Positions 40,575 through 53,721 of a stretch of DNA of 64,000 nucleotides are shown here, one piece after another. The DNA is from Antedon mediterranea. Its lineage: Eukaryota; Animalia; Echinodermata. The stretch is taken from NCBI RefSeq assembly GCF_964355755.1, contig NC_092679.1, positions 9,640,201-9,704,200 on the forward strand. Direction: 5' to 3'. Position numbers and translations under genes: made by a program. Position 1 is the first letter of the stretch; each line of letters opens with the position of its first letter. Under the pieces are notes generated by a model. That model saw only the letters and a program-made list of their open reading frames with translations. It ran no database searches and was not told the DNA's origin.

Positions 40575-43500
40575 GTACACTTTGATGTTTTTATGTTAAC
40601 AAGTTTTTTCGAAAATCAAAAAATGGTCTAAAACATCTACAAATGCGATTTGAAGCTATTCTGTACACTTTGATGTTTTTATGTTAACAATTTTTTTCGA
40701 AAATCACAAAATGGTCTAAAACGTTTCCAAATGCGATTTGAAGCTATTCTGTACACTTTGATGTTTTTTGTGAAAATTTTCTGTCGAAATGCTCAAAATG
40801 GTCAAAAACGTTTTTAAATACGATATTAAGCTACTTTGTGCTCTTTGATGTTTTTGTGTGAAATGTTTTATCGAAATGCTCAAAATGGTCTAAAACGGTT
40901 TCTAATGTGATTTCAAGCACTTTGATGTTTTTGTGTAACCAAGTTTTTCGAAAATCACAAAATTGTCTAAAACGTCTCCAAATGCGATTTGAAGCTATTC
41001 TGTACACTTTTGTGTTTTTATGTTAACAAGTTTTTTCGAAAATCACAAAATGGTCTAAAACGTCTCCAAATGCGATTTAAAGCTATTTTAAGCACTTTTG
41101 TGTTTTTGTGTAACCAAGTTTTTTCGAAAATCACAAAAGGGTCTAAAATGTATGTAAATGCGATTTGAAGCTATTTAAAGCACTTTGGTGTTTTTAGGTT
41201 AACAAGTTTTTTCGAAAATCACAAAATGGTCTAAAACGTCTACAAATGCGATTTGAAGCTATTCTAAGCACTTTTGTGTTTTTATGTTAACAAGTTTTTT
41301 CGAAAATCACAAAATGGTCTAAAACGTCTCTAAATGCGATTTGAAGCTTTTCTGTACACTTTGATGTTTTTATGTTAACAACTTTTTTCGAAAATCACAA
41401 AATGGTCTAAAATGTCTCCAAATGCGATTTGAAGCTATTCTAAGCACTTTGGTGTTTTTATGGAAACAATTTTTTTCGAAAATCACAAAATGGTCTAAAA
41501 CGTCTCCAATAGCGATTTGAAGCTTTTCTGTACACTTTGGTGTTTTTATGTTAACAAGTTTTTTCGAAAATCACAAAATGGTCTAAAACGTCTCCAAATG
41601 CGATTTGAAGCTATTCTGTACACTTTGATGTTTTTATGTTAACAAGTTTTTTCGAAAATCACAAAATGGTCTAAAACGTCTACAAATGCGATTTGAAGCT
41701 ATTCTAAGCACTTTTGTGTTTTTATGTTAACAAGTTTTTTCGAAAATAACCAAATGGTCTAAAACGTCTGCAAATGCGATTTGAAGCTATTCTTAGCACA
41801 TTGGTGTTTTTATTTAAACAAATTTTTTCGAAACTCACAAAATGGTCTAAAACGTCTCCAAATGCGATTTGAAGCTATTTTAAGCACTTTGGTGTTTTTG
41901 TGTTAACAAGTTTTTCGAAAAGCTCAAAATGGTCTAAAACGTTTTTAAACACGATATTAAGCTATTTTGTGCTCTTTGATGTTTTTTTGTGAAAAGTTTT
42001 AGCGAAATGCTCAAAATGGTCTAAAACGATTTCTAATGTGATTTTATGCACTTTGATGTTTTTATGTTAACTAGTTTTTTCGAAAATCACAAAATGGTCT
42101 AAAACGTCTCCAAATGTGATTTGAAGCTATTCTAAGCACTTTGGTGTTTTTATGTTAACAGTTTTTTCGAAAATCACAAAATGGTCTAAAACGTTTCCAA
42201 ATGCGATTTGAAGCTATTCTGTACAATTTGATGTTTTTATGGTAACAAGTCTTTTAGAAAATCACAAAATGGTCTAAAACATCTCCAAATGCGATTTAAA
42301 GCTATTTTAAGCACTTTTGTGTTTTTGTGTAACCAAGTTTTTTCGAAAATCACAAAAGGGTCTAAAATGTCTCTAAATGCGATTTGAAGCTACTCTAAGC
42401 ACTTTGGTGTTTATATGTTAACAAGTTTTTTCGAAAATCAATAAATGGTCTAAAATGTCTCCAAATGCGATTTGAAGCTATTCTGTACACTTTGCTGTTT
42501 TGTGTGAAAAATGTTTGTCGAAATCCTCAAAATGGTCAAAAACGTTTTTAAATACGATATTAAGCTATTTTGTGCTCTTTGATGTTTTTGTGTGAAAAGT
42601 TTTATCGAAATACTCAAAATGGTCTAAAACGGTTTCTAATGTGATTTTAAGCACTTTGATGTTTTTGTGTAACCAAGTTTTTTCGAAAATCACAAAATGG
42701 TCTAAAATGTCTCCAAATGCGATTTGAAGCTATTCTAAGCACTTTGGTATTTTTATGGAAACAATTTTTTTCGAAAATCACAAAATGGTCTAAAACGTCT
42801 CCAATAGCAATTTGAAGCTATTCTAAGCACTTTGGTGTTTTTATGTTAACAAGTTTTTTCGAAAATCAAAAAATGGTCTAAAACGTCTCCAAATGCGATT
42901 TTAAGCTATTCTAAGCACTTTGGTGTTTTTATGTTAATAAGTTTTTTCGAAAATCACAAAATGGTCTAAAACGTCTCCAAATGCGATTTGAAGCTATTTT
43001 AAGCACTTTGGTGCTTTTGTGTAACCAAGTTTTTTCGAAAATCACGAAATGGTCTAAAACGTCTCCAAATGCGATTTGAAGCTATTCTAAGCACTTTTAT
43101 GTTTTGTGTGAAAATTTTCTTTCGAAATGCTCAAAATGGTCAAAAACGTTTTTAAATACGATATTAAGCTACTTTGTGCTCTTTGATGTTTTTGTGTGAA
43201 ATGTTTTATCGAAATGCTCAAAATGGTCTAAAACGGTTTCTAATGTGATTTCAAGCACTTTGATGTTTTTGTGTAACCAAGTTTTTCGAAAATCACGAAA
43301 TTGTCTAAAACGTCTCCAAATGCGATTTGAAGCTATTCTGTACACTTTGATGTTTTTATGTTAACAAGTTTTTTCGAAAATCAAAAAATGGTCTAAAACA
43401 TCTACAAATGCGATTTGAAGCTATTCTGTACACTTTGATGTTTTTATGTTAACAATTTTTTTCGAAAATCACAAAATGGTCTAAAACGTTTCCAAATGCG

Positions 43501-46130
43501 ATTTGAAGCTATTCTGTACACTTTGATGTTTTTTGTGAAAATTTTCTGTCGAAATGCTCAAAATGGTCAAAAACGTTTTTAAATACGATATTAAGCTACT
43601 TTGTGCTCTTTGATGTTTTTGTGTGAAATGTTTTATCGAAATGCTCAAAATGGTCTAAAACGGTTTCTAATGTGATTTCAAGCACTTTGATGTTTTTGTG
43701 TAACCAAGTTTTTCGAAAATCACAAAATTGTCTAAAACGTCTCCAAATGCGATTTGAAGCTATTCTGTACACTTTTGTGTTTTTATGTTAACAAGTTTTT
43801 TCGAAAATCACAAAATGGTCTAAAACGTCTCCAAATGCGATTTAAAGCTATTTTAAGCACTTTTGTGTTTTTGTGTAACCAAGTTTTTTCGAAAATCACA
43901 AAAGGGTCTAAAATGTATGTAAATGCGATTTGAAGCTATTTAAAGCACTTTGGTGTTTTTAGGTTAACAAGTTTTTTCGAAAATCACAAAATGGTCTAAA
44001 ACGTCTACAAATGCGATTTGAAGCTATTCTAAGCACTTTTGTGTTTTTATGTTAACAAGTTTTTTCGAAAATCACAAAATGGTCTAAAACGTCTCTAAAT
44101 GCGATTTGAAGCTTTTCTGTACACTTTGATGTTTTTATGTTAACAACTTTTTTCGAAAATCACAAAATGGTCTAAAATGTCTCCAAATGCGATTTGAAGC
44201 TATTCTAAGCACTTTGGTGTTTTTATGGAAACAATTTTTTTCGAAAATCACAAAATGGTCTAAAACGTCTCCAATAGCGATTTGAAGCTTTTCTGTACAC
44301 TTTGGTGTTTTTATGTTAACAAGTTTTTTCGAAAATCACAAAATGGTCTAAAACGTCTCCAAATGCGATTTGAAGCTATTCTGTACACTTTGATGTTTTT
44401 ATGTTAACAAGTTTTTTCGAAAATCACAAAATGGTCTAAAACGTCTACAAATGCGATTTGAAGCTATTCTAAGCACTTTTGTGTTTTTATGTTAACAAGT
44501 TTTTTCGAAAATAACCAAATGGTCTAAAACGTCTGCAAATGCGATTTGAAGCTATTCTTAGCACATTGGTGTTTTTATTTAAACAAATTTTTTCGAAACT
44601 CACAAAATGGTCTAAAACGTCTCCAAATGCGATTTGAAGCTATTTTAAGCACTTTGGTGTTTTTGTGTTAACAAGTTTTTCGAAAAGCTCAAAATGGTCT
44701 AAAACGTTTTTAAACACGATATTAAGCTATTTTGTGCTCTTTGATGTTTTTTTGTGAAAAGTTTTAGCGAAATGCTCAAAATGGTCTAAAACGATTTCTA
44801 ATGTGATTTTATGCACTTTGATGTTTTTATGTTAACTAGTTTTTTCGAAAATCACAAAATGGTCTAAAACGTCTCCAAATGTGATTTGAAGCTATTCTAA
44901 GCACTTTGGTGTTTTTATGTTAACAGTTTTTTCGAAAATCACAAAATGGTCTAAAACGTTTCCAAATGCGATTTGAAGCTATTCTGTACAATTTGATGTT
45001 TTTATGGTAACAAGTCTTTTAGAAAATCACAAAATGGTCTAAAACATCTCCAAATGCGATTTAAAGCTATTTTAAGCACTTTTGTGTTTTTGTGTAACCA
45101 AGTTTTTTCGAAAATCACAAAAGGGTCTAAAATGTCTCTAAATGCGATTTGAAGCTACTCTAAGCACTTTGGTGTTTATATGTTAACAAGTTTTTTCGAA
45201 AATCAATAAATGGTCTAAAATGTCTCCAAATGCGATTTGAAGCTATTCTGTACACTTTGCTGTTTTGTGTGAAAAATGTTTGTCGAAATCCTCAAAATGG
45301 TCAAAAACGTTTTTAAATACGATATTAAGCTATTTTGTGCTCTTTGATGTTTTTGTGTGAAAAGTTTTATCGAAATACTCAAAATGGTCTAAAACGGTTT
45401 CTAATGTGATTTTAAGCACTTTGATGTTTTTGTGTAACCAAGTTTTTTCGAAAATCACAAAATGGTCTAAAATGTCTCCAAATGCGATTTGAAGCTATTC
45501 TAAGCACTTTGGTATTTTTATGGAAACAATTTTTTTCGAAAATCACAAAATGGTCTAAAACGTCTCCAATAGCAATTTGAAGCTATTCTAAGCACTTTGG
45601 TGTTTTTATGTTAACAAGTTTTTTCGAAAATCAAAAAATGGTCTAAAACGTCTCCAAATGCGATTTTAAGCTATTCTAAGCACTTTGGTGTTTTTATGTT
45701 AATAAGTTTTTTCGAAAATCACAAAATGGTCTAAAACGTCTCCAAATGCGATTTGAAGCTATTTTAAGCACTTTGGTGCTTTTGTGTAACCAAGTTTTTT
45801 CGAAAATCACGAAATGGTCTAAAACGTCTCCAAATGCGATTTGAAGCTATTCTAAGCACTTTTATGTTTTGTGTGAAAATTTTCTTTCGAAATGCTCAAA
45901 ATGGTCAAAAACGTTTTTAAATACGATATTAAGCTACTTTGTGCTCTTTGATGTTTTTGTGTGAAATGTTTTATCGAAATGCTCAAAATGGTCTAAAACG
46001 GTTTCTAATGTGATTTCAAGCACTTTGATGTTTTTGTGTAACCAAGTTTTTCGAAAATCACGAAATTGTCTAAAACGTCTCCAAATGCGATTTGAAGCTA
46101 TTCTGTACACTTTGATGTTTTTATGTTAAC
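40575..46130. repeat. Tandem duplication of a ~2765-bp satellite block (boundaries approximate)
   Basis: Private variants repeat at offset 2765: TAACCAAAT at 41747/44512, ATTTTATGCA at 42041/44806, TAGCAA at 42805/45570. Confidence 0.9.
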
Positions 46131-49100
46131 AAGTTTTTCGAAAATCACAAAATGGTCTAAAACGTCTCCAAATGCGATTTCAAGCTATTCTAAGCACTTT
46201 GGTGTTTTTATGTTAACAAGTTTTTTTGAAAATCACAAAATGGTCTAAAACGTCTCTAAATGCGATTTGAAGCTTTTCTGTACACTTTAATGTTTTTATG
46301 TTAACAACTTTTTTTGAAAATCACAAAATGGTCTAAAATGTCTCCAAATGCGATTTGAAGCTATTCTAAGCACTTTGGTGTTTTTATGGAAACAATTTTT
46401 TTCGAAAATCACAAAATGGTCTAAAACGTCTCCAATAGCGATTTGAAGCTTTTCTGTACACTTTGGTGTTTTTATGTTAACAAGTTTTTTCGAAAATCAC
46501 AAAATGGTCTAAAACGTCTCCAAATGCGATTTGAAGCTATTCTGTACACTTTGATGTTTTGTGTGAAAATTTTCTGTCGAAATGCTCAAAATGGTCAAAA
46601 ACGTTTTTAAAAACGATATTAAGCTACTTTGTGCTCTTTGATGTTTTTGTGTGAAATGTTTTATCGAAATGCTCAAAATGGTCTATAACGGTTTCTAATG
46701 TGATTTCAAGCACTTTGATGTTTTTGTGTAACCAAGTTTTTCGAAAATCACAAAATTGTCTAAAACGTCTCCAAATGCGATTTGAAGCTATTCTGTACAC
46801 TTTGATGTTTTTATGTTAACAAGTTTTTCGAAAATCACAAAATGGTCTAAAACGTCTCCAAATGCGATTTTAAGCTATTCTAAGCACTTTGGTGTTTTTA
46901 TGTTGACAAGTTTTTTTGAAAATCACAAAATGGTCTAAAACGTCTCTAAATGCGATTTGAAGCTTTTCTGTACACTTTGATGTTTTTATGTTAACAACTT
47001 TTTTCGAAAATCACAAAATGGTCTAAAATGTCTCCAAATGCGATTTGAAGCTATTCTAAGCACTTTGGTGTTTTTATGGAAACAATTTTTTTCGAAAATC
47101 ACAAAATGGTCTAAAACGTCTCCAATAGCGATTTGAAGCTTTTCTGTACACTTTGGTGTTTTTATGTTAACAAGTTTTTTCGAAAATCACAAAATGGTCT
47201 AAAACGTCTCCAAATGCGATTTGAAGCTATTCTGTACACTTTGATGTTTTTATGTTAACAAGTTTTTTCGAAAATCACAAAATGGTCTAAAACGTTTCCA
47301 AATGCGATATTGAAGCTATTCTGTACACTTTGATGTTTTGTGTGAACATTTTCTGTCGAAATGCTCAAAATGGTCAAAAACGTTTTTAAATACGATATTA
47401 AGCTACTTTGTGCTCTTTGATGTTTTTGTGTGAAATGTTTTATCGAAATGCTCAAAATGGTCTAAAACGGTTTCTAATGTGATTTCAAGCACTTTGATGT
47501 TTTTGTGTAACCAAGTTTTTCGAAAATCACAAAATTGTCTAAAACGTCTCCAAATGCGATTTGAAGCTATTCTGTACACTTTGGTGTTTTTATGTTAACA
47601 AGTTTTTTCGAAAATCACAAAATGGTCTAAAACGTCTCCAAATGCGATTTAAAGCTATTTTAAGCACTTTTGTGTTTTTGTGTAACCAAGTTTTTTCGAA
47701 AATCACAAAAGGGTCTAAAATGTCTGTAAATGCGATTTGAAGCTATTTAAAGCACTTTGGTGTTTTTAGGTTAACAAGTTTTTTCGAAAATCACAAAATG
47801 GTCTAAAACGTCTCCAAATGCGATTTGAAGCTATTCTGTACAGTTTGATGTTTTTATGTTAACAAGTTTTTTCAAAAATCACAAAATGGTCTAAAACGTT
47901 TCCAAATGCGATTTGAAGCTATTCTGTACACTTTGATGTTTTGTGTGAAAATTTTCTGTCGAAATGCTCAAAATGGTCATAAACGTTTTTAAATACGATA
48001 TTAAGCTACTTTGTGCTCTTTGATGTTTTTGTGTGAAAAGTTTTACCGAAATGCTCAAAATGGTCTAAAACGGTTTCTAATGTGATTTCAAGCACTTTGA
48101 TGTTTTTGTGTAACCAAGTTTTTCGAAAATCACAAAATTGTCTAAAACGTCTCCAAATGCGATTTGAAGCTATTCTGTACACTTTGATGTTTTTATGTTA
48201 ACAAGTTTTTTCGAAAATCACAAAAGAGTCTAAAATATCTCGAAATGCGATTTGAAGCTATTCTAAGCACTTTGGTGTTTTTATGTTAACAAGTTTTTTC
48301 GAAATCACAAAATGGTCTAAAATGTCTCCAAATGCGATTTGAAGCTAATCTTAGCACATTGGTGTTTTTATGTTAACAAGTTTTTTCGAAAATCACAAAA
48401 TGGTCTAAAACGACTCCAAATGCGATTTGAAGCTATTCTGTATACTTTGGTGTTTTTATGTTAACAAGTTTTTTCGAAAATCACAAAATGGTCTAAAACG
48501 TCTCCAAATGCGATTTGAAGCTATTCTAAGCACTTTGGTGTTTTTATGTTAACAAGTTTTTTCGAAAATCACAAAATGGTCTAAAACGTCTCCAAATGCG
48601 ATTTGAAGCTATTCTGTACACTTTGATGTTTTTATGTTAACAAGTTTTTTCGAAAATCACAAAATGGTCTAAAACGTTTCCAAATGCGATTTGAAGCTAT
48701 TCTGTACACTTTGATGTTTTGTGTGAAAATTTTCTGTCGAAATGCTCAAAATGGTCAAAAACGTTTTTAAATACGATATTAAGCTACTTTGTGCTCTTTG
48801 ATGTTTTTGTATGAAATGTTTTATCGAAATGCTCAAAATGGTCTAAAACGGTTTCTAATAGTGATTTCAAGCACTTTGATGTTTTTGTGTAACCAAGTTT
48901 TTCGAAAATCACAAAATTGTCTAAAACGTCTCCAAATGCGATTTGAAGCTATTCTGTACACTTTGATGTTTTTATGTTAAAAAGTTTTTCGAAAATCACA
49001 AAATGGTCTAAAACGTCTCCAAATGCGATTTTAAGCTATTCTAAGCACTTTGGTGTTTTTATGTTGACAAGTTTTTTTGAAAATCACAAAAGAGTCTAAA

Positions 49101-52100
49101 ATATCTCGAAATGCGATTTGAAGCTATTCTAAGCACTTTGGTGTTTTTATGTTAACAAGTTTTTTCGAAATCACAAAATGGTCTAAAATGTCTCCAAATG
49201 CGATTTGAAGCTAATCTTAGCACATTGGTGTTTTTATGTTAACAAGTTTTTTCGAAAATCACAAAATGGTCTAAAACGACTCCAAATGCGATTTGAAGCT
49301 ATTCTGTATACTTTGGTGTTTTTATGTTAACAAGTTTTTTCGAAAATCACAAAATGGTCTAAAACGTCTCCAAATGCGATTTGAAGCTATTCTAAGCACT
49401 TTGGTGTTTTTATGTTAACAAGTTTTTTCGAAAATCACAAAATGGTCTAAAACGTCTCCAAATGCGATTTGAAGCTATTCTGTACACTTTGATGTTTTTA
49501 TGTTAACAAGTTTTTTCGAAAATCACAAAATGGTCTAAAACGTTTCCAAATGCGATTTGAAGCTATTCTGTACACTTTGATGTTTTGTGTGAAAATTTTC
49601 TGTCGAAATGCTCAAAATGGTCATAAACGTTTTTAAATACGATATTAAGCTACTTTGTGCTCTTTGATGTTTTTGTGTGAAAAGTTTTATCGAAATGCTC
49701 AAAATGGTCTAAAACGGTTTCTAATGTGATTTCAAGCACTTTGATGTTTTTGTGTAACCAAGTTTTTCGAAAATCACAAAATTGTCTAAAACGTCTCCAA
49801 ATGCGATTTGAAGCTATTCTGTACACTTTGATGTTTTTATGTTAACAAGTTTTTTCGAAAATCACAAAAGAGTCTAAAATATCTCGAAATGCGATTTGAA
49901 GCTATTCTAAGCACTTTGGTGTTTTTATGTTAACAAGTTTTTTCGAAAATCACAAAATGGTCTAAAATGTCTCCAAATGCGATTTGAAGCTATTCTAAGC
50001 ACTTTGGTGTTTTTATGGAAACAATTTTTTTCGTAAATCACAAAATGGTCTAAAACGTCTCCAATAGCGATTTGAAGCTTTTCTGTACACTTTGGTGTTT
50101 TTATGTTAACAAGTTTTTTCGAAAATCACAAAATGGTCTAAAACGTCTACAAATGCGATTTGAAGCTATTCTGTACACTTTGATGTTTTTATGTTAACTA
50201 GTTTTTTCGAAAATCAGAAAATGGTCTAAAACGTCTACAAATGCGATTTGAAGCTATTCTGTACACTTTGATGTTTTTATGTTAACAAGTTTTTTCGAAA
50301 ATCACAAAATGGTCTAAAACGTATCCAAATGCGATTTGAAGCTATTCTGTACACTTTGATGTTTTGTGTGAAAATTTTCTGTCGAAATGCTCAAAATGGT
50401 CAAAAACGTTTTTAAATACGATATTAAGCTACTTTGTGCTCTTTGATGTTTTTGTGTGAAATGTTTTATCGAAATGCTCAAAATGGTCTAAAACGGTTTA
50501 TAATGTGATTTCAAGCACTTTGATGTTTTTGTATAACCAAGTTTTTCGAAAATCACAAAATTGTCTAAAACGTCTCCAAATGCGATTTGAAGCTATTCTG
50601 TACACTTTGATGTTTTTATGTTAACAAGTTTTTCGAAAATCACAAAATGGTCTAAAACGTCTCCAAATGCGATTTGAAGCTATTCTGTATACTTTGGTGT
50701 TTTTATGTTAACAAGTTTTTTTCGAAAATCACAAAATGGTCTAAAACGTCTCCAAATGCGATTTGAAGCTATTCTGTACACTTTGGTGTTTTTATGTTAA
50801 CAAGTTTTTTCGAAAATCACAAAATGGTCTAAAACGTCTCCAAATGCGATTTCAAGCTATTCTGTACACTTTGCTGTTTTGTGTGAAAAATGTTTGTCGA
50901 AATCCTCAAAATGGTCAAAAACATTTTTAAATACGATATTAAGCTATTTTGTGCTCTTTGATGTTTTTGTGTGAAAAGTTTTATCGAAATGCTCAAAATG
51001 GTCTAAAACGGTTTCTAATGTGATTTTAAGCACTTTGATGTTTTTGTGGAACCAAGTTTTTTCGAAAATCACTAAATGGTCTAAAACGTCTCCAAATGTG
51101 ATTTGAAGCTATTCTAAGCACTTTGGTGTTTTTATGTTAACAGTTTTTTCGAAAATCACAAAATGGTCTAAAACGTCTCCAAATGCGATTTGAAGCTATT
51201 CTGTACACTTTGATGTTTTTATGGTAACAAGTTTTTTAGAAAATCACAAAATGGTCTAAAACATCTCCAAATGCGATTTAAAGCTATTTTAAGCACTTTT
51301 GTGTTTTTGTGTAACCAAGTTTTTTCGAAAATCACAAAAGGGTCTAAAATGTCTCTAAATGCGATTTGAAGCTACTCTAAGCACTTTGGTGTTTTTATGT
51401 TAACAAGTTTTTTCGAAAATCACAAAATGGTCTAAAATGTCTCCAAATGCGATTTGAAGCTATTCTGTACACTTTGCTGTTTTGTGTGAAAAATGTTTGT
51501 CGAAATCCTCAAAATGGTCTAAAACGTTTTTAAATACGATCTTAAGCTATTTTGTGCTCTTTGATGTTTTTGTGTGAAAAGTTTTATCGAAATACTCCAA
51601 AATGGTCTAAAACGGTTTCTAATGTGATTTTAAGCACTTTGATGTTTTTGTGTAACCAAGTTTTTTCGAAAATCACAAAATGGTCTAAAATGTCTCCAAA
51701 TGCGATTTGAAGCTATTCTAAGCACTTTGGTGTTTTTATGGAAACAATTTTTTTCGAAAATTACAAAATGGTCTAAAACGTCTCCAATAGCGATTTGAAG
51801 CTTTTCTGTACACTTTGGTGTTTTTATGTTAACAAGTTTTTTCGAAAATCACAAAATGGTCTAAAACGTCTCCAAATGCGATTTGAAGCTATTCTGTACA
51901 CTTTGATGTTTTTATGTTAACAAGTTTTTTAGAAAATCACAAAATGGTCTAAAATGTCTCGAAATGCGATTTGAAGCTATTCTAAGCACTTTGGTGTTTT
52001 TATGTTAACAAGTTTTTTCGAAAATCACAAAATGGTCTAGAACGTCTCCAAAAGCGATTTGAAGCTATTTTAAGCACTTTGGTGCTTTTGTGTAACCAAG

Positions 52101-53718
52101 TTTTTTCGAAAATCACGAAATGGTCTAAAACGTCTCCAAATGCGATTTGAAGCTATTCTAAGCACTTTGGTGTTTTTACGTTAACAAGTTTTTTCGAAAA
52201 TCACAAAATGGTCTAAAACGTCTAGAAATGCGATTTGAAGCTATTCTGTACACTTTGATGTTTTTATGTTAAGTTTTTTCGAAAATCACAAAATGGTCTA
52301 AAACGTCTCCAAATGCGATTTGAAGCTATTTTAAGCACTTTGGTGTTTTTATCTTAACAAGTTTTTTCGAAAATCACAAAATGGTCTAGAACGTCTCCAA
52401 ATGCGATTTGAAGCTATTCTAAGCACTTTGGTGTTTTTATGTTAACAAGTTTTTTCAAAAATCACAAAACGGTCTAAAACGTCTCCAAATGCGATTTGAA
52501 GCTATTCTGTACACTTTGATGTTTTTATGTTAACAAGTTTTTTCAAAAATCACAAAATGGTCTAAAACGTTTCCAAATGCGATTTGAAGCTATTCTGTAC
52601 ACTTTGATGTTTTGTGTGAAAATTTTCTGTCGAAATGCTCAAAATGGTCAAAAACGTTTTTAAATACGATATTAAGCTACTTTGTGCTCTTTGATGTTTT
52701 TGTGTGAAAAGTTTTATCGAAATGCTCAAAATGGTCTAAAACGGTTTCTAATGTGATTTCAAGCACTTTGATGTTTTTGTGTAACCAAGTTTTTCAAAAA
52801 TCACAAAATTGTCTAAAACGTCTCGAAATGCGATTTGAAGCTATTCTGTACACTTTGATGTTTTTATGTTAACAAGTTTTTTCGAAAATCACAAAAGAGT
52901 CTAAAATATCTCGAAATGCGATTTGAAGCTATTCTAAGCACTTTGGTGTTTTTATGTTAACAAGTTTTTTCGAAATCACAAAATGGTCTAAAATGTCTCC
53001 AAATGCGATTTGAAGCTAATCTTAGCACATTGGTGTTTTTATGTTAACAAGTTTTTTCGAAAATCACAAAATGGTCTAAAACGTCTCCAAATGCGATTTG
53101 AAGCAATTCTAAGCACTTTGGTGTTTTTATGTTAACAAGTTTTTTCGAAAATCACAAAATGGTCTAAAACGTCTCCAAATGCGATTTGAAGCTATTCTGT
53201 ACACTTTGATGTTTTTATGTTAAAAAGTTTTTTCGAAAATCACAAAATGGTCTAAAACGTTTCCAAATGGGATTTGAAGCTATTCTGTACACTTTGATGT
53301 TTTGTGTGAAAATTTTCTGTCGAAATGCTCAAAATGGTCATAAACGTTTTTAAATACGATATTAAGCTACTTTGTGCTCTTTGATGTTTTTGTGTGAAAA
53401 GTTTTATCGAAATGCTCAAAATGGTCTAAAACGGTTTCTACTGTGATTTCAAGCACTTTGATGTTTTTGTGTAACCAAGTTTTTCGAAAATCACAAAATT
53501 GTCTAAAACGTCTCCAAATGCGATTTGAAGCTATTCTGTACACTTTGATGTTTTTATGTTAACAAGTTTTTTCGAAAATCACAAAAGAGTCTAAAATATC
53601 TCGAAATGCGATTTGAAGCTATTCTAAGCACTTTGGTGTTTTTATGTTAACAAGTTTTTTCGAAATCACAAAATGGTCTAAAATTTCTCCAAATGCGATT
53701 TGAAGCTAATCTTAGCAC

Positions 53719-53721
53719 ATT
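53719..53721. other. Left copy of 3-bp target-site duplication ATT (right copy 59836-59838)
   Basis: Empty monomer reads CTTAGCAC-ATT-GGTG (e.g. ATT at 48358-48360). Here: CTTAGCAC-ATT-[TAGTG...CACTA]-ATT-GGTG. Confidence 0.9.

Larger units (their letters stand above)
1..53721. repeat. Satellite DNA array, 88-bp monomer (87-89 bp), roughly 600+ head-to-tail copies; continues beyond the left edge
   Basis: Consensus approx. ATGCGATTTGAAGCTATTCT(GTA/AAG)CACTTTG(A/G)TGTTTTTATGTTAACAAGTTTTTTCGAAAATCACAAAATGGTCTAAAACGTCTCCAA. Monomer starts at 1, 89, 176, 264, 352. Same orientation throughout. Confidence 0.99.

Noticed and set aside
3479-48980. Short ORFs (63-96 aa) in the satellite, including three identical 96-aa ORFs, plus 60267-60458
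   Set aside because: Chance translations of repeats with non-ATG starts; their identity reflects block duplication.
1-53721. CRISPR-like array
   Set aside because: Monomers are contiguous with no unique spacers, there are no cas genes, and the context is eukaryotic.
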